A DNA stretch of 64,000 nt from Felis catus (taxonomy: Eukaryota), in contig NC_058368.1 in assembly GCF_018350175.1 (NCBI RefSeq), positions 128,776,001 through 128,840,000 on the forward strand, given 5' to 3'. The notes beneath the pieces were generated by a model that was not told the origin of the DNA, did no database searches, and saw only the letters and a program-made list of their open reading frames with translations. Every line of letters begins with the position of its first letter. Within the stretch, counting starts at the first letter, position 1. Positions 33,000 to 46,503 of the stretch are shown in pieces. The position numbers and the translations under genes were made by a program.

Positions 33000-35720
33000 G
33001 GTAAAATTGACATTTGGAAATGGCTCATCCATCTCCTGGCCTGAAGGTGCCACCCTGATTGGCAATGAGCTTCTGGCATAAGGCTACAGATTAATTACTA
33101 AAGATTTCACCAGTGTTGATATGGTGAATTTGAAAAATATGGGAGGAATAGCATCTACAAAGACAACAGAGTTGGCCGGTTACTGTAAAATTGTATAGTA
33201 GCACTGCAGAAGGAAAATAGAAATAGCTGTTAACAAACCATGAGTACCTAAATGTCAGATCTGGAGGGCCCCTGTGATAGTCTTTATCGCCTGTAGAAGG
33301 ACAGAGTCTGTTGAACCACTTGCTGAAGAGCTAGCCAGTTGTTGGAGTCACAGAGCTCCAGAGGTATTTGAGCATTTAGGTAACCTGGTATTTAGGTATG
33401 CTGGTTCTGTTAATGTGAAGGTGGGAAAATCTAGAATCCTAAACATAGGATGGTGTCATCCTGATAGATGCCCCTGCTCTTCCCTCTGGAACCTTAGGGC
33501 TTGCAAGGTAGCCCTTCTCTAGTAAGAACTAGCTTGTTTGCTCTGCTGGAGATACTACAGAAGCCTCTTGGCCATAAGGCAATAGCCCTCCTCCTCTCCC
33601 CACTTTCTCCTTTCTTGGCTGCCAAGTGACTAACTAACCAGTAACCAAGTCAATAACTGGGTTAACTCTCAGCAAAGTGAAAAATGTCTGAGTTGCACTG
33701 GCAGCCTGTGTAGGAAGGAATAAAGAGGCTGAGCAAATGGGCATGCTGGAATGGATACATTGCATAAGTTCAGAAGATCTACTGGTGGCTTGTACTCCAC
33801 GAGAGGACCATTCACCCAAGCCCATGAGGAGAGCACTGGTGAGAGAGGCATCATCAGCCTCACTAAGAAGTTTGGTGGTAGCTCTCCTCTGCTGGCCTGG
33901 CATAAAGGTAAGAGAAGCAGCCACAGAGCTGACTCATTAATGTCCACAGGAATAATGAGCCCTGAAGTGATGAAGCCAGTGGTGTTGCTTAACTGCCAGA
34001 AGCTAAAAGGTCACAATTATCATAAGGCCATCCTTAGATCCAAAGGAGCTTGACCCACAAGGAGTTCTAGAGTCAGCTAAAACAGCCTAGTCTCCCTAGG
34101 GACAAAATAGATGGGCAGTCCTTGAGGGTGCTGATTAACATCTCTTACCCTAAAAAGCAAGAATGGATGAACAGGAGGCCGAGGGCAGTGACAGCAATAA
34201 AAAGTCATGATCCCTTGCTTAGTTCCCAGACCCGAAACAATTTTTAGATCTAGAACAGAATATGTGGTTGGGTCCCAAAGAAGAACCCTACCACACCATG
34301 GAAACTACGTAAATACATGACATTTCTCCAAAATGGCTTTATGGCTATCTGAGTGACTCTACACCAGGGAAAGAAGAATAATCAGGTGTCTTGAGGACTT
34401 TTGGTCATAGGATTTGAGTTGATGTCGGCATCTGCAGATTTAAAGCAACATCACAGCCTTCCTGTTATAATGGGCACCTTCCAGACCAGGTGGTAGGTGA
34501 GAAACTTAGTCTCACAGTGGGCTTCAAGTGCATAGCAAGTATTTATGTGGCAATTGGAGTAACTGCCACATCGGATCCCTGGTCTGTGGAGTAGGAGTTC
34601 TAGTGGGGATTGCCAGATGGAACCTTCTGAAACTACACCCCCCCCCCCATCCCTCTCATCAAGATAGTAAATCAGGCTCAATATTGTATTTGGGGGAATA
34701 ATGAAGATGAGTGCCAACATTTAAGACCTAAAAGATATGGGAGTGCTGGTCCCAATTCTCTTTCTTTAATGTAACAGTCCAGCCCCTAAATAAACTGGAT
34801 AGATCCTGGAGAGTTACTATGGACTACTGCTGAGTTAACCAAGTAATAACTCAGCACAGCTGCTGTTCTATGCTGGACTCACTGCTAGAACAGATTAGTA
34901 AGGCCTCAGATACATGGTGTGTCAATGATTTGGCAATGTGTTTTTTTCCATTCCAGTTAGAAGAATCAAAAACAGTTCACCTTAACAAAGAACAGTAACA
35001 CTTTTCATTTAGACTGAGTTTTTCCTCAGGGCTGTGTTAACTCTCCCATCCTCAGTCATAATATAATAAAGACATATGGACCACCTAAATAACCTCATGA
35101 CAGTACACTGGTCCATTTTACTGAACACCACGTGGTTGGGCAGATTCACAAGAGGTGGCTACTAAGCTGAACATATCAGTAAGATACGTGTACCCTAGAG
35201 GATGGGAGATAAACACTAAGAAGATTGAGAGACCAGTCACTTTAGCAAAGGTTTAACCATCAGGGGAATACAGGATATCTCCTCCAAAGTGAAAAATTGC
35301 TGCCTCTTGCAGCCCCTATGACAAAGAGGTAAAACATTTTGTAGGCCTCTTTTCCTTCTGGAGACCAAGCATTCTACAACTAAGAATAATACTGTGGCTC
35401 TTCTACCAAGAAATATGGAAGGCTGCCAATTGTGAATGGGGCCAGGGCAGGAAAGTTTCCTGCAACAGTTTCAAGCTTCAGTGCAAGCAGCCCTGACAGA
35501 CACTTGCAGCATGTGATCAAGCAGACCTTAGTGGTGTCAGTGGTGGGGGACAATGCAGTGTGGAATATGGCAAGTCCAGTTGGGGAATCATAATACAGGC
35601 CCCTGGGATTCTGGAGTAAGGTCATGCCATCTGCAGCAGTTAATTGTAGAGCTATTGACAAACAGCTCTAGTCATGTCTCACTGGGTTCTGTAAAGGCAA
35701 TGCCTGACCATGAAATAGTT
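33000..35720 (+). mobile_element. Degraded ERV-L internal region (gag/pol relic)
   Basis: RT motifs readable by hand: RSWRVTMDYC*VNQV (34801-34845; compare GSWRMTVDYRKLNQV) and FPQGCVNSP (35021-35047; compare LPQGYxNSP). Many stops. Confidence 0.8.
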
Positions 35721-36824
35721 AAACCTGCCCCTCCTCCAAGTCCCTATTGGAGTGAAAGACTGATTTTCTAAATCCATCATTCCATCTATGTTTATTAGTT
35801 GACACTGTAATAAAAGGAAGTGTTTTTCTCTGTTCATTTATTTATTTTTAGCAGATGGACTTGTGGATTCTTGGTTAACAGATTAAATCCATTACTACCA
35901 TTATTTTGATGTTGTAATTGCCCCACATTTGCCCACTGGAGCCCCCAAACTTTCCCTTTGTGTGTTAGAAGCCCCAGATGTGTCATGTACTCAACATAAT
36001 TTGAGTCCTTTTGTGCTTTTTGATACAGTCAAATATTCCAGGTTCATCTTATACTTTCCCTGTCCTAGCCCTGGAATCAGCCATTTTTGCAAGGAGCCCT
36101 GCTTTCTTTTCATGGAAAATGGTATTCAGGAACCAAGATCTGAGTGCTGGGTTTGCTCATGCTGCTGCTGTGTCATTGCTTGTGGTCCCTCTTAGCAGAT
36201 ACGTACATATACAAACAGCTGTATTTATACCTGTTAAAAACCATGAGTTTGTTTTGATGCCTTCAACTGCAGTCTATCACTCCTTTCTATTCTTCCCCTT
36301 TTCCTTATTTGTAATTCCCTTAACAAAAATAATTCTGGCTGCCATTACCTTTAAAGTATAATTTTACTCATTTGCTCAAGGCTGAAGTACACAGAAGGTA
36401 GTTCTAGAATTGCTAATTCATAGTATCTTGAAAAGAAAATTTACAGGTTTTTAGGTGACCTATCTGTTTACAACCCCTCAGTTTGGCAGCTGAAAAGCCA
36501 TCTCATAAGTAAGGTTAATGAATTCAAACTAAAGCCCCAAATAAGTGTGTCTAGGTCAGGAGAACTGGATGGCTCAGGGGGGTTTGTTAAAGGGCTACAG
36601 AGCTTCAACAGTCCAGGTTAGTAGCTTCAAACTTCATGTCTGCTGTAACTCACATAGTAGGTGACACAGAAATGTTTCTGTTGGGTAATAGTAGTTGATC
36701 ATGGCTTTATTTCCTAGGTCTTAGTAAGTATAATCATGGCACTAAGAATTGGTGCCTCAGCTGAAGGAAAGGACAGATTTCACTGTCGAAGGTGCAGTTT
36801 AATCTTTTTTAAAAGCAAATTGCA

Positions 36825-36993
36825 GGGGTGCCTGGGTGGCTCAGTAGGTGAAGTGTCTGACTCTTGATTTTGGCCCAGGTCTTGATCTCACAGGTTTGTG
36901 AGCTCGAGCCCCACATCAGGCTCTCCAGTGACAGTGAGGAGCCTGCTTGGGATTCTCTGTCTCCTTCTGTCTCTCTGCCCCTCTCCCACGCAT

Positions 36994-37039
<46 letters not shown>

Positions 37040-37108
37040 CCTCCCTCCCTCCCTCCCTCCCTCTCTCTCTCTCTCCCTCCCTCTCAAAATGAATAAACTT
37101 AAAAAAAA
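36825..37108 (+). mobile_element. CanSINE with expanded (CT)n/(CCCT)n tract
   Basis: Head, core and A tail. TSD aaaagcaaatt at 36811-36821 and 37109-37119. Confidence 0.92.
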
Positions 37109-38137
37109 AAAAGCAAATTATAATAGATTGTTCTTAAGCTTTTCCTACCCATGCACAAAGCACAGTTTCTCAGTGACATCTTTATAACACTGTATTACAA
37201 TTATATCCTTTTTAAAAATCACATCAGGGTTTATGATCTAATAGTTTAAAACAAATATTTAGGAGATGACTGAAGGAAAAAGGTGTTATTAAATGCAGTA
37301 CTCTTAATCTGGAGGCTAGCACTCTACATCAAAACCTGGGGGTGAGGTACAAGGTGATATAAATTAAGTTTAGGATTTTGTGTAAATGCGCTGTCAACAT
37401 CAGACTTCCAAGTATGCAGATCATTTGTGCTTTGACACCAGTTTCTTTTTGTTTTTAGTACTTTGTATGGTTTTGCTAAATATTATTAAGCAGTTTCAAC
37501 TTTCCACCTTAGCATTGAATGGTAAGCAGTCTAAAGACAAATGGATTCTTCTGTAATGATAGTATCTCTCTGAGGAAAGCTTAAATTTTGGTTATTAAGA
37601 TCAGTAATCAGTGTTGTGCAGTACATTACCTTTTTTCCTCTAAAATGAGAGGTAAACTTAAAGTTTATTACTCTCTTCAGCTTAATGTCAGTATGTTAAT
37701 TTGCCTGTTTTGCTTGGTATTATACCTTTAGATTTACTGTTAACTGCCCTTCACTAAAAAGAAATTATATGTTAAATCCTCAAAGTATCCTGTTTTCTGT
37801 GAACTTGAATAACTTAGGAAAAGAAAGGGGCATTTTTAATCTTGGAAAAGCACATTGACCTAATTCATAAGGCCTTGTGAAGGCTGTTATGCAAACTGAC
37901 TTGCCTTGACATTATCTTGTTTAAAAGGCATTAAATGCATTAAGCTAATGCATCTACCCTTAGATAATGAAAGAAAAAATATAAATTTATTAAAGAGTAC
38001 ACCTGTCAGTTTATTTTTGGTTCATCTCGATCAGTTTTACAAGAAGACCAATGACATGCGTACTCCTAAGTTGAAGACAATCTGGTTCAGATTCCTATAA
38101 AATAGGTTAATTTTTAAGTCAAGTATCATTAAACATC

Positions 38138-38667
38138 TGTGGTAGGCAGCTTTAAAGATAGCTCGCAATGATACCCACTTGCTTATATCCATTCCTTTGT
38201 TTTATTCGCTCCTGTTTAGTTTAGCTAAATCTAATGACATGCTTTTGATTAACAGAATATGGTAAAAGCAACGGGATGACATTTCCAAGGTTAGGTTACA
38301 GAAAGATTCTGGCTTCCATCTTGCTCACCCTCTCTTGCTTTCTCACTCTCTTTAATGGAAGCCAGTTGCCACATTGTGTGGTGCGGCACGAAGAGGCAGG
38401 GATATTAAGGAAGTCTTTTACTAACTGTCAGTGAAGAACTGAATCTTACCATAACTGTGCATGAGCTTGACTACAAGCTCTTCCTCTCTGTCAAGACTTG
38501 ACGATGACGGTGCCAGCTAACACCATGAAAGCAGTCTTACGAAAAAACCCTGGGTGCCACTGTGCCAGATATAGCTGACCACAAGAAACTGTGCGATAAT
38601 AAGTGTCGATTGTTTTAGTTGCTAAATGTTAGGGTCATTTATTACTCAACCAGAAGTAACTAATACA
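38138..38667 (+). mobile_element. MaLR solo LTR (MLT1E/F-like)
   Basis: TG...CA termini tgtggtaggcagc ... gtaactaataca, with internal gttaggttac and ggaagccagttgccac motifs. Confidence 0.8.
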
Positions 38668-38759
38668 ATGTCCTTTAAAAAAATAAATCACAAAAGACCC
38701 TCAAACTTTGTGTTTTCTGGTAAAGCTTTAACTGGCATTTCCAGACCAATGATTTAGTG

Positions 38760-38935
38760 CAGTGGTTTTCAACCACTGACATTAAAATCACCTGAGGAGT
38801 TTTTAAAAAAAAAAAACTTCAAATGCCTGGGCTTCACCCCTAGAAATTCAATTTGAATTGGTCTGGGATGGGTCCAGGCCTCAGTCTTTTTAAAAGTTCC
38901 CTAAGTAATTCCAGTGAGTAGATGAAGAATCACAG
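38760..38935. mobile_element. MER5-like hAT-Charlie relic
   Basis: cagtggttttcaac...aatcacctgagg...ttggtctgggatggg...agaatcacag. Confidence 0.72.
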
Positions 38936-39029
38936 ATTCAGTATACATTGACTTAGTGAAGCCCCCTCTGGGTGGCAGCTGTACAAGCTGTAACATTGGG
39001 AGCTGGAGCTCACTTTTCATTTGTAAGTC

Positions 39030-39700
39030 GGAAGAGAAGACAAACAGGTAAACAATGACAACAATGTGGCAAATGTTCCAATAAAGTTATGTACAATAAT
39101 ATAAACACAGAAGAGGAAACACCTAACAGCAGTGATAAAGTCAGAAAAGTTTTGACGGCAAGTTATTCTGGAGCTAAATGTTTTTACATTCTAGTGACCT
39201 AGAATCAGAAATGGAAGAATGGGGGCACCTGGCTGGCTCAGTGGGTGGAGCATGTGACTTGATCTCAGAGGTGTGATCTCATTGTGTGTAGAGTACTTAA
39301 AAATAAAGTCTTTAAAAGAATCATGGAGAAATAAACATTGCAGGCAAAAGAGTACAAGAGTAAAGGCTCAAAGTTTTTAGAGAATAAGCAGGGCTGTGGT
39401 ATGTTCCCATTTGACGAATAGGGCAGGGCTATGGAGACCAGTTAGGATGATGACATGACCTGCAGCGGTAGCAGAAGGGACGAAGGGAAGGGGGGGATTA
39501 ATTTGCTAACCAGGATATATAACATATAAGACTGGAAACATGCACTGAAATGCAAAGGGAGGGGCCCATGATGACTCCTGGGTTCTGGCTTGGCAACTGT
39601 GTGGGTGGTAGACTGTAACTTTGGCAACAGATATGGGGGAAGCAAAAGCAGAACACAGAAGGAAATGAACAGTTCAGAGTTAGATCTAAGTTTAAAGCTT
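39030..39700. mobile_element. L2-like fragment containing a short CanSINE (+, 39221-39318)
   Basis: L2-like phrases (ggagaccagttagga, gatgactcctgggttctggcttgg). SINE head ggggcacctggctggctcag. Confidence 0.55.
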
Positions 39701-40511
39701 CAGAAGAAACAACTGGTTGCAGTTGGCACTAGAAATGAAAAGCAAATTGCCATGTGACTTGCCAAAAGAGCACATCCTGGGGATGATTTTTGTGTATTTT
39801 GAAATAATTGAGAGCATAGCTTCTGTTTGGTCTCCATGTGTTTTGGTGCAGTCAGCTCTTACTAAGACAAGAATGATCTTGAGAATTTCACTGAAGCAAA
39901 GAAACCTTTAAAATTGTACTGCATAATCTGTGTTTCACTATTTTTGTCCACTGACTACAGTTCACTCACACCACACTCTTCTCCTTAGGTGCCTTTGCCC
40001 CTCTTCCTCCTTAGGGTAGTAATGCCTTGGTTTGCCCAACTATTATAATTTTGAACTGACATCAGATTGCATTGTGCCCTGAAGTGGAAAGGGTTTGAAT
40101 AGTGGCATCCCACATCCTCATTATGGTCACTTTTTTCCCAGTTTTATTGAGAAATAATTGACCTACATCACTGTGTAAGTTTAAGGCATACAGAAGTTGG
40201 TTTGATTTACATATTTTGTGAATTGATTATGACAATAGGGTCAGCTAATGTCCATCTTCTATAGATACAATAAAAAGAAAGAAAGAAAGAAGTTAAAACT
40301 TTTCTCATGATGAGAACTCACAGGATATACTCTCAAAAACCTTTTTATTTTTCATACAACAGTGTTAGCTACAGTCACAATGTTGTACATTGCATTTCTA
40401 GTATTTATCTTATAACTGGAAGTTTGTACCTTCCTCCACTTTCCCCTCCCCCTACTCACTGCATCTGGTAACCACAAGTCTGATCTTTTCCATGTTTTTT
40501 CTTTCTTTTTT

Positions 40512-40880
40512 CTTTTTTTTTAATTTTATTTTGAAACAATTTTTTTTTAATTTTTTTTAACGTTTATTTATTTTTGAGACAGAGAGAGACAGAGCATGAA
40601 CGGGGGAGGGTCAGAGAGAGGGAGACACAGAATCTGAAACAGGCTCCAGGCTCTGAGCTGTCAGCACAGAGCCCGACGCGGGGCTTGAACTCACGGACCG
40701 CAAAATCATGACCTGAGCTGAAGTCGGCCACTTAACTGACTGAGCCACCCAGGCACCCATGAAACAATTTTTTAAATACGAAATTGATTGTCAAATTGGT
40801 TTCCATACAACAGCCAGTGCTCATCCCAACAGGTGCCTTCCTCAATGCCCATCACCCACTCTCCCTCCCTCTCACCCATC
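40512..40880 (-). mobile_element. Short feline L1 3' end with a CanSINE (-, 40546-40758) in its poly(A) tail
   Basis: L1 TSD tttctttctttttt at 40498-40511 and 40881-40894. SINE TSD tgaaacaatttttt at 40532-40545 and 40760-40773. Confidence 0.85.
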
Positions 40881-41792
40881 TTTCTTTCTTTTTTAGATTC
40901 CACCTACAAGTTGAGATCATACAGTATTTGTCTTTCTCTGACCTAATTTCATTTAGCATAATGCCTTCAAGGACTATCCATGTTGTCACAAAACTGGTAG
41001 AATCTCCTCACTTTTTATGGCTGAATAATATTCCATTGTATGTATATACCACAGCTTCTTTATCCATTCATCTATTGATTGTTTCCATGTCTTGGCTATT
41101 GTACATAATGCTACTGTGAACATGGGGGAGAAGCTATCTTTTTGAGTTTGTGTTTTTGTTTCTTTCTTCTTTTGTTTCTTTTGTTCTTTTGTTCTTATAT
41201 TCTCAAAAGGGAAACCGATGGGTGTTGTAGTTCTATTTTTTAATTTTTTTGAGGATCCTCCGTATCGTTTTCCCTAGTGGCTGTACCACCTAACAATCTT
41301 ATCAACAGTGCACATGGGTTCCTTTTTTGTCCACATCCACGGCAGCTTTTGTTACCTCTTTATTTTTTGATGATGGCCATTCTAACAGGCATGAGGTGAT
41401 ACTTCATTGTGGTTTTATTTGCATTTCCTTAATGACAAGTGATGTTGACCATCTTTTCATGTACCCATTGGCCTTTGGTATATCTTCTTTGATGAAATGT
41501 CTATTCTGGTTCTTTGCCCATTTTTTAGTTTATTTGGGAGGTTTTTTGCTATTGAGTTATATGAGATTTTTGTGTATCTTGGGTATTAACCCTTTATCAG
41601 ATACATGGTTTGCAAATATTTTTTCCCATTCCGTAGGTTGTCTTTTCACTTTATCAACAGTTTCTTTGGCTGTGCAGTAGCTTTTTGATTTGATGTAGTC
41701 CCACTTGTCTATTTTTTATTTTGTCACTTGTGCTTTAGGTGTCATATTCAAAAATAGCATTACCAAAATCCATGTCAAGATACTTTATTCCT

Positions 41793-41982
41793 GGGGCACC
41801 TGGGTGGCTCAGTCAATTAAACATCCTATGTCCACTCAGGTCACGATCTCGAAGTTTGTGAATTTGAGCCCCTCGTAGGGCTCTGTGCTGTCAGCACAGA
41901 GCCTGATTGACTTTGGATCCTCTATCCCCCACTCCCTGTGTGCACACTCTCTTTCAAAATAAATGAAAACATTAAACAAAAA
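41793..41982 (+). mobile_element. CanSINE nested in L1
   Basis: TSD aagatRctttattcct at 41777-41792 and 41983-41998. Confidence 0.9.
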
Positions 41983-42816
41983 AAGATGCTTTATTCCTAT
42001 GTTTTCTTCTAGGAGTTTCAACTAGTTTCCTAGCTGCCCCTGCTGAGGGCTTCACATTTAAGTCTAATCCATTTTAAGTTAATTTTTTTGAGTGGTCTAT
42101 GATATGGGTCTAGTTTCATTCTTTTACATTTGAATATCCACTTGTCCAGTACGTTCATTGAAAAGACTGTCTTTGTTGAGTATTCTCGACTCCTTGTCAA
42201 ATATTAGTTGACCATATTGGTCATTTGTTTTTAATTCAAAGGAGCAGTACATTTGGCTCAGCACCTCAGTCTGTGTAAAACTTGTAACCCCGTGTATTTC
42301 AGAGCGAAGTTACATGTTGTTATTTTGAATCCCTGACACTTTTGAACTTTTAAAACTAAATTCTTTCTTCTCTAGTCTAGACAACTCATTACCACCTCCC
42401 CCCACTCACCTCCACCTCCCAGGAAGCAGAGAAGCCACAGGGAAATACAAGTGAATCTTCCTGCGAAAGAAAGGGTTGTACTTTGTCTCATCATCAAGCC
42501 TTGGGGCTCGTGTAAAAAAAAAAAAAAAAATGCTGATGTCCGCATAACGTGTATCTCTTAAGTAAATCAAACCTGTAATTCAGCTTGGCTGCCTCTAAGT
42601 CATTTTGATTCCTGCCAACAAGAACATTAATGAACTTAGTATCTCCACAGGTTTATTCATGTGTAAGATCCAATTCCTTATTCCTCTTCCTTTTTCCAGC
42701 AGCTGCCCCTTTCCATCTGATAAAGTGGAAAGCTCGAATAGGTCATACAAATCCAGATCATCACTTAAAGCCAGATTTTTGTAGGCAGTGTTCTGTAATT
42801 CTTCTGTCTGATTTTA

Positions 42817-43046
42817 TTTTATTTTTTTAAATTTTTTTAAACTTTATTTTATTTATTTTTGAGACAGAGAGAGACAGAGCATGAACGGGGGAGGGGCAGA
42901 GAGAGAGGGAGACACAGAATCGGAAACAGGCTCCAGGCTCTGAGCCATCAGCCCAGAGCCCGACGCGGGGCTCGAACTCACGGTCTGCGAGATCGTGACC
43001 TGAGCTGAAGTCGGACGCTTAACTGACTGAGCCACCCAGGCGCCCC
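42817..43046 (-). mobile_element. Young CanSINE
   Basis: TSD cttctgtctgatttta at 42801-42816 and 43048-43063. Confidence 0.96.
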
Positions 43047-43412
43047 ACTTCTGTCTGATTTTAGAATGGCAAACAAAGATTCTAGGCCTTGGATTTGAAA
43101 AAAAAAAAAAAAAAAAAAGATCCATACACTAGTAATTATTGTCATGAAGAAATAATTTATGAAATTTTGGTTATTCATGCCTTTATCTTTCCTGCTTCCA
43201 TTTTCCTTTTGACAATAATGAGTAATTCCATTATGTTATACTTTTGCTATAGGGTCTTGGTTTACCTCCGTGGATATACAGTTGGGATATGCCACATCAA
43301 GTTGTACTTTGGTAGATTTCCCCAAATGGCCTGAGACTGATATAGAAAGTATGCTAAAAAAGACATGAACCTAATTAGTCAAAAAATTTTAAGATAAAAA
43401 TATAAAAGAATA

Positions 43413-43642
43413 GGGGCGCCTGGGTGGCGCAGTCGGTTAAGCGTCTGACTTCAGCTCAGGTCACGATCTCGCGGTCCGTGAGTTCGAGCCCCGCGTCGGG
43501 CTCTGGGCTGATGGCTCAGAGCCTGGAGCCTGTTTCCGATTCTGTGTCTCCCTCTCTCTCTGCCCCTCCCCCGTTCATGCTCTGTCGCTCTCTGTCCCAA
43601 AAATAAATAAAAAAACGTTGAAAAAAAAATTAAAAAATATAT
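43413..43642 (+). mobile_element. Young CanSINE
   Basis: TSD atataaaagaata at 43400-43412 and 43643-43655. Confidence 0.96.
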
Positions 43643-46097
43643 ATATAAAAGAATATATACCATTTTCCCCCAAATTTGTCTACATGTTAGAATTACTAGA
43701 AGTCTCTTTAAAATCTCAAAGTCCAAGCCACACCCAGATCAATTCCATCACACTTTTTAGCAATGGAATACAGGCATCAGTAGTGTTTTGACTCTCCAGG
43801 TAACTCCAATGTGCAGACAAGCTTGGGAATCACTGATTTAGACAGCTGTTACCTCGTGATTGCAAGAAAACACAGCTATGGCTTCTTCCTGGACTTCTCT
43901 CCTAGCTGTTGGTGGGAGATTCTCTGCTTTCCAAGTTCTCTATCAATTTTGTCAACTTTGAACCTTAAACAGGGGGACCGAATGTGAGGGAATTCAATCA
44001 TTGAAAGGCAACAATTAGCTGATTAAAAACCACAGATGGATATGAAATACATGATTGTAATTTCTTTAAGCTATTTTTATTTGGTGCAATTTTACCTGAT
44101 AGCATAAGTTTTGTGTCTCAGATTTTTCTGTTCCATTTTCAGACACAAAGCTTCTTACACAGCTAGTTTAATGAAACTCTGGTCCACTGGAGTGACATTT
44201 TTTTTCATGCTTTCGGTGATTGTTTTAGAATTCCTTCTTTAAGTTAGTCAACTTGAAAATACTTAACCCAGAGTGGGTATGCATTGACTGAGAATTGTCT
44301 CTTTTCCTTGCTTAAAGAAACAGTTTGACACAAAGATAAGCATTTAAAATTTTATTTTCTGCATATACACAGCACATTACTTATTTATATAAACAATCAT
44401 TGGCTGCCCAAAAACTGAGGGAAGCTTAATTTTAAATATAGCAACAACTCTTTACTCATTGGTGGTGAATTTACATGGTTGACACCCTTTATCAGAACTC
44501 AGAACTCCAGCAATTGTACAAAAATCACCATGCTGGCCTATAAAATTTTAAAGCAATATTGTAACCCAATAAAATAATGGTTGTGCTGTATGCCTATATG
44601 TATCTTGAGAGAGATTAATTAAAGGAAGTAAAATTGCAATTGAAGCTGTTGGATAGTTAAAATTATTTGAGTAAGTGTGATCTTGACTTTAATGAATTAA
44701 CAAGTAAGCTTCTTGCAATAAGTATTTAATTAATTTTAAACCATATTTGATTTAGAAACCATTTATACTTAATTTCTGGTCTAGTGTTCAATTAAAATTG
44801 TCTGTAATATTCACAGTCTCCAGATCCTGTTCTTGCTTTGGTGATCTTGGCTGCTTGGTCACTGACTACTGCTGAGCAGTGGGGAAAGAAGGCCTATGGC
44901 TCTGATCTTCTAATTCCTCAGATGTCAGGGGAAAATCCTCAGGGAAAAAGTTAGCCTAGAAAATGCATGGTTTCTTTCCCTCATGTTTTATTCTAGAAGT
45001 AATCGCTTGGGAGAGGTGGTAGAAACAAATGAGAACACATGTTTGTCATTAAAAACAAAAGACTGAGATGTTGCAGTTACTTTTCTACAATCACTTTTTT
45101 TCACCAGAAGACTTTGGATAAGTCATTATGGAGAAAGCTAAGGATCCCTGCGTTGTCTTGAAAGCACACCAGCCGGGAAATCAGAAGGCCTGGGTTTGAA
45201 TTCCAGTTACTCACAAATGTAAGGTAATACTGTTATCCCTCCTCTGTTAAAACACTTTCTTCATATATGAAGTTTACATTTTTTCCTAGAACATATTTTC
45301 TTCTCCATTAACAAAAATTATATTCGGTACTGTCAGTTTTTATTTCATTGTAAGTGAGGGCAGTCATGGTATAGATGAGGCAAATGGTAACTAAACCCAA
45401 CACAGTGAAATTTGACTTTGAAATAAGTCTTAGAATTTATATTTGTTTGTGAGTGATGTTTTGGGGAACCCTAATTCACTGTCACCCATCACCAATAATA
45501 GTGATGGGAAACAGGAGTTATGGCCTACAACTCTTATATAATGTTCTTACAGTATATAGTTATATTTGGGGAAATATCCTTTGACTCATACTATTTGTGA
45601 GCCATGTAATGAGCTAGAATGTAGATAGTACTTAGGTAGAATACTAGAATAATGCAACTTCATTCTAAGATTGCTTAAAAAGAAATGCCCATTTTCCTTC
45701 AGTGTTTATCTTTGCCAGGAGAAAGAGAGACAAATAATTATTTTGCCTTTAAGGCACTGATTCTGAGTGTTAGATTAAGTAGACAGACTGTTGACCACAT
45801 GTGACTTAAGCAGTATTGTTGGTTATTTTACCAAACACTGGATCATAATTTGCTTTAAGAAAGCTACACTGTGGATAAACCTTTGCTAGATCAAGAGTAA
45901 CCTGCATTGTCTTCTGTGTTGTTTCTACTACAACATTACTTGGTGGTATTGACTTTGAAAAATGAAATTTATCTTCTAAGAGCACAGATCAGATTCAGGT
46001 ATTCTTAAATATAAAACTGATTTTGACCTCCCCAAGAACTATCGAATAATAATGATGCCAGTTGGGAGAATAAAGTTGCCATATAGATTTTTCTGTG

Positions 46098-46178
46098 TTC
46101 CTTTCAGTAAATACATTCTGGAGCATAGAGGTGGGCATTTCCTTTCAGTAAATACATTCTGGAGCATAGAGGTGGGCA
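46098..46178. repeat. 41-bp-period tandem duplication
   Basis: ttcctttcagtaaatacattctggagcatagaggtgggca is identical at 46098-46137 and 46139-46178. Confidence 0.96.
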
Positions 46179-46308
46179 ATTGGTCAACCCATTTTCTTTC
46201 TTGTATGATATATCAGAGTTTGATAATGTCACTTTGTTAACCAAGATTTGTAATGGGATCAGTGCTGAAAGAGGCTTTGAGGATATCATATCACCAGTAT
46301 TTAGGTGT

Positions 46309-46356
46309 CATAGGTAACATAGATTAAACATAGGTAACATAGATTGAAAGGTAACA
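46309..46356. repeat. 20-bp tandem repeat (2 copies plus partial)
   Basis: cataggtaacatagattRaa twice, then aggtaaca. Confidence 0.9.
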
Positions 46357-46448
46357 CAATAGCTATTACCCAACTAATTCAGGAGCATGGGTTGATTATT
46401 GGCCTAACTCCAGTGAAATAACTTATAAGCGGACATGGCTGGGTTAGT

Positions 46449-46452
<4 letters not shown>

Positions 46453-46501
<49 letters not shown>
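46453..46501. repeat. (TG)24 microsatellite
   Basis: Direct reading. Confidence 0.97.

Positions 46502-46503
<2 letters not shown>

Larger units (their letters stand above)
40132..42217 (-). mobile_element. Older L1 3' portion hosting three younger insertions
   Basis: L1 3'UTR and ORF2 C-terminal sequence in antisense, interrupted at 40512-40880 and 41793-41982. Confidence 0.87.

Noticed and set aside
46098..46356. Short direct repeats as a CRISPR-like array
   Set aside because: Adjacent tandem copies without spacers, in a mammalian genome.
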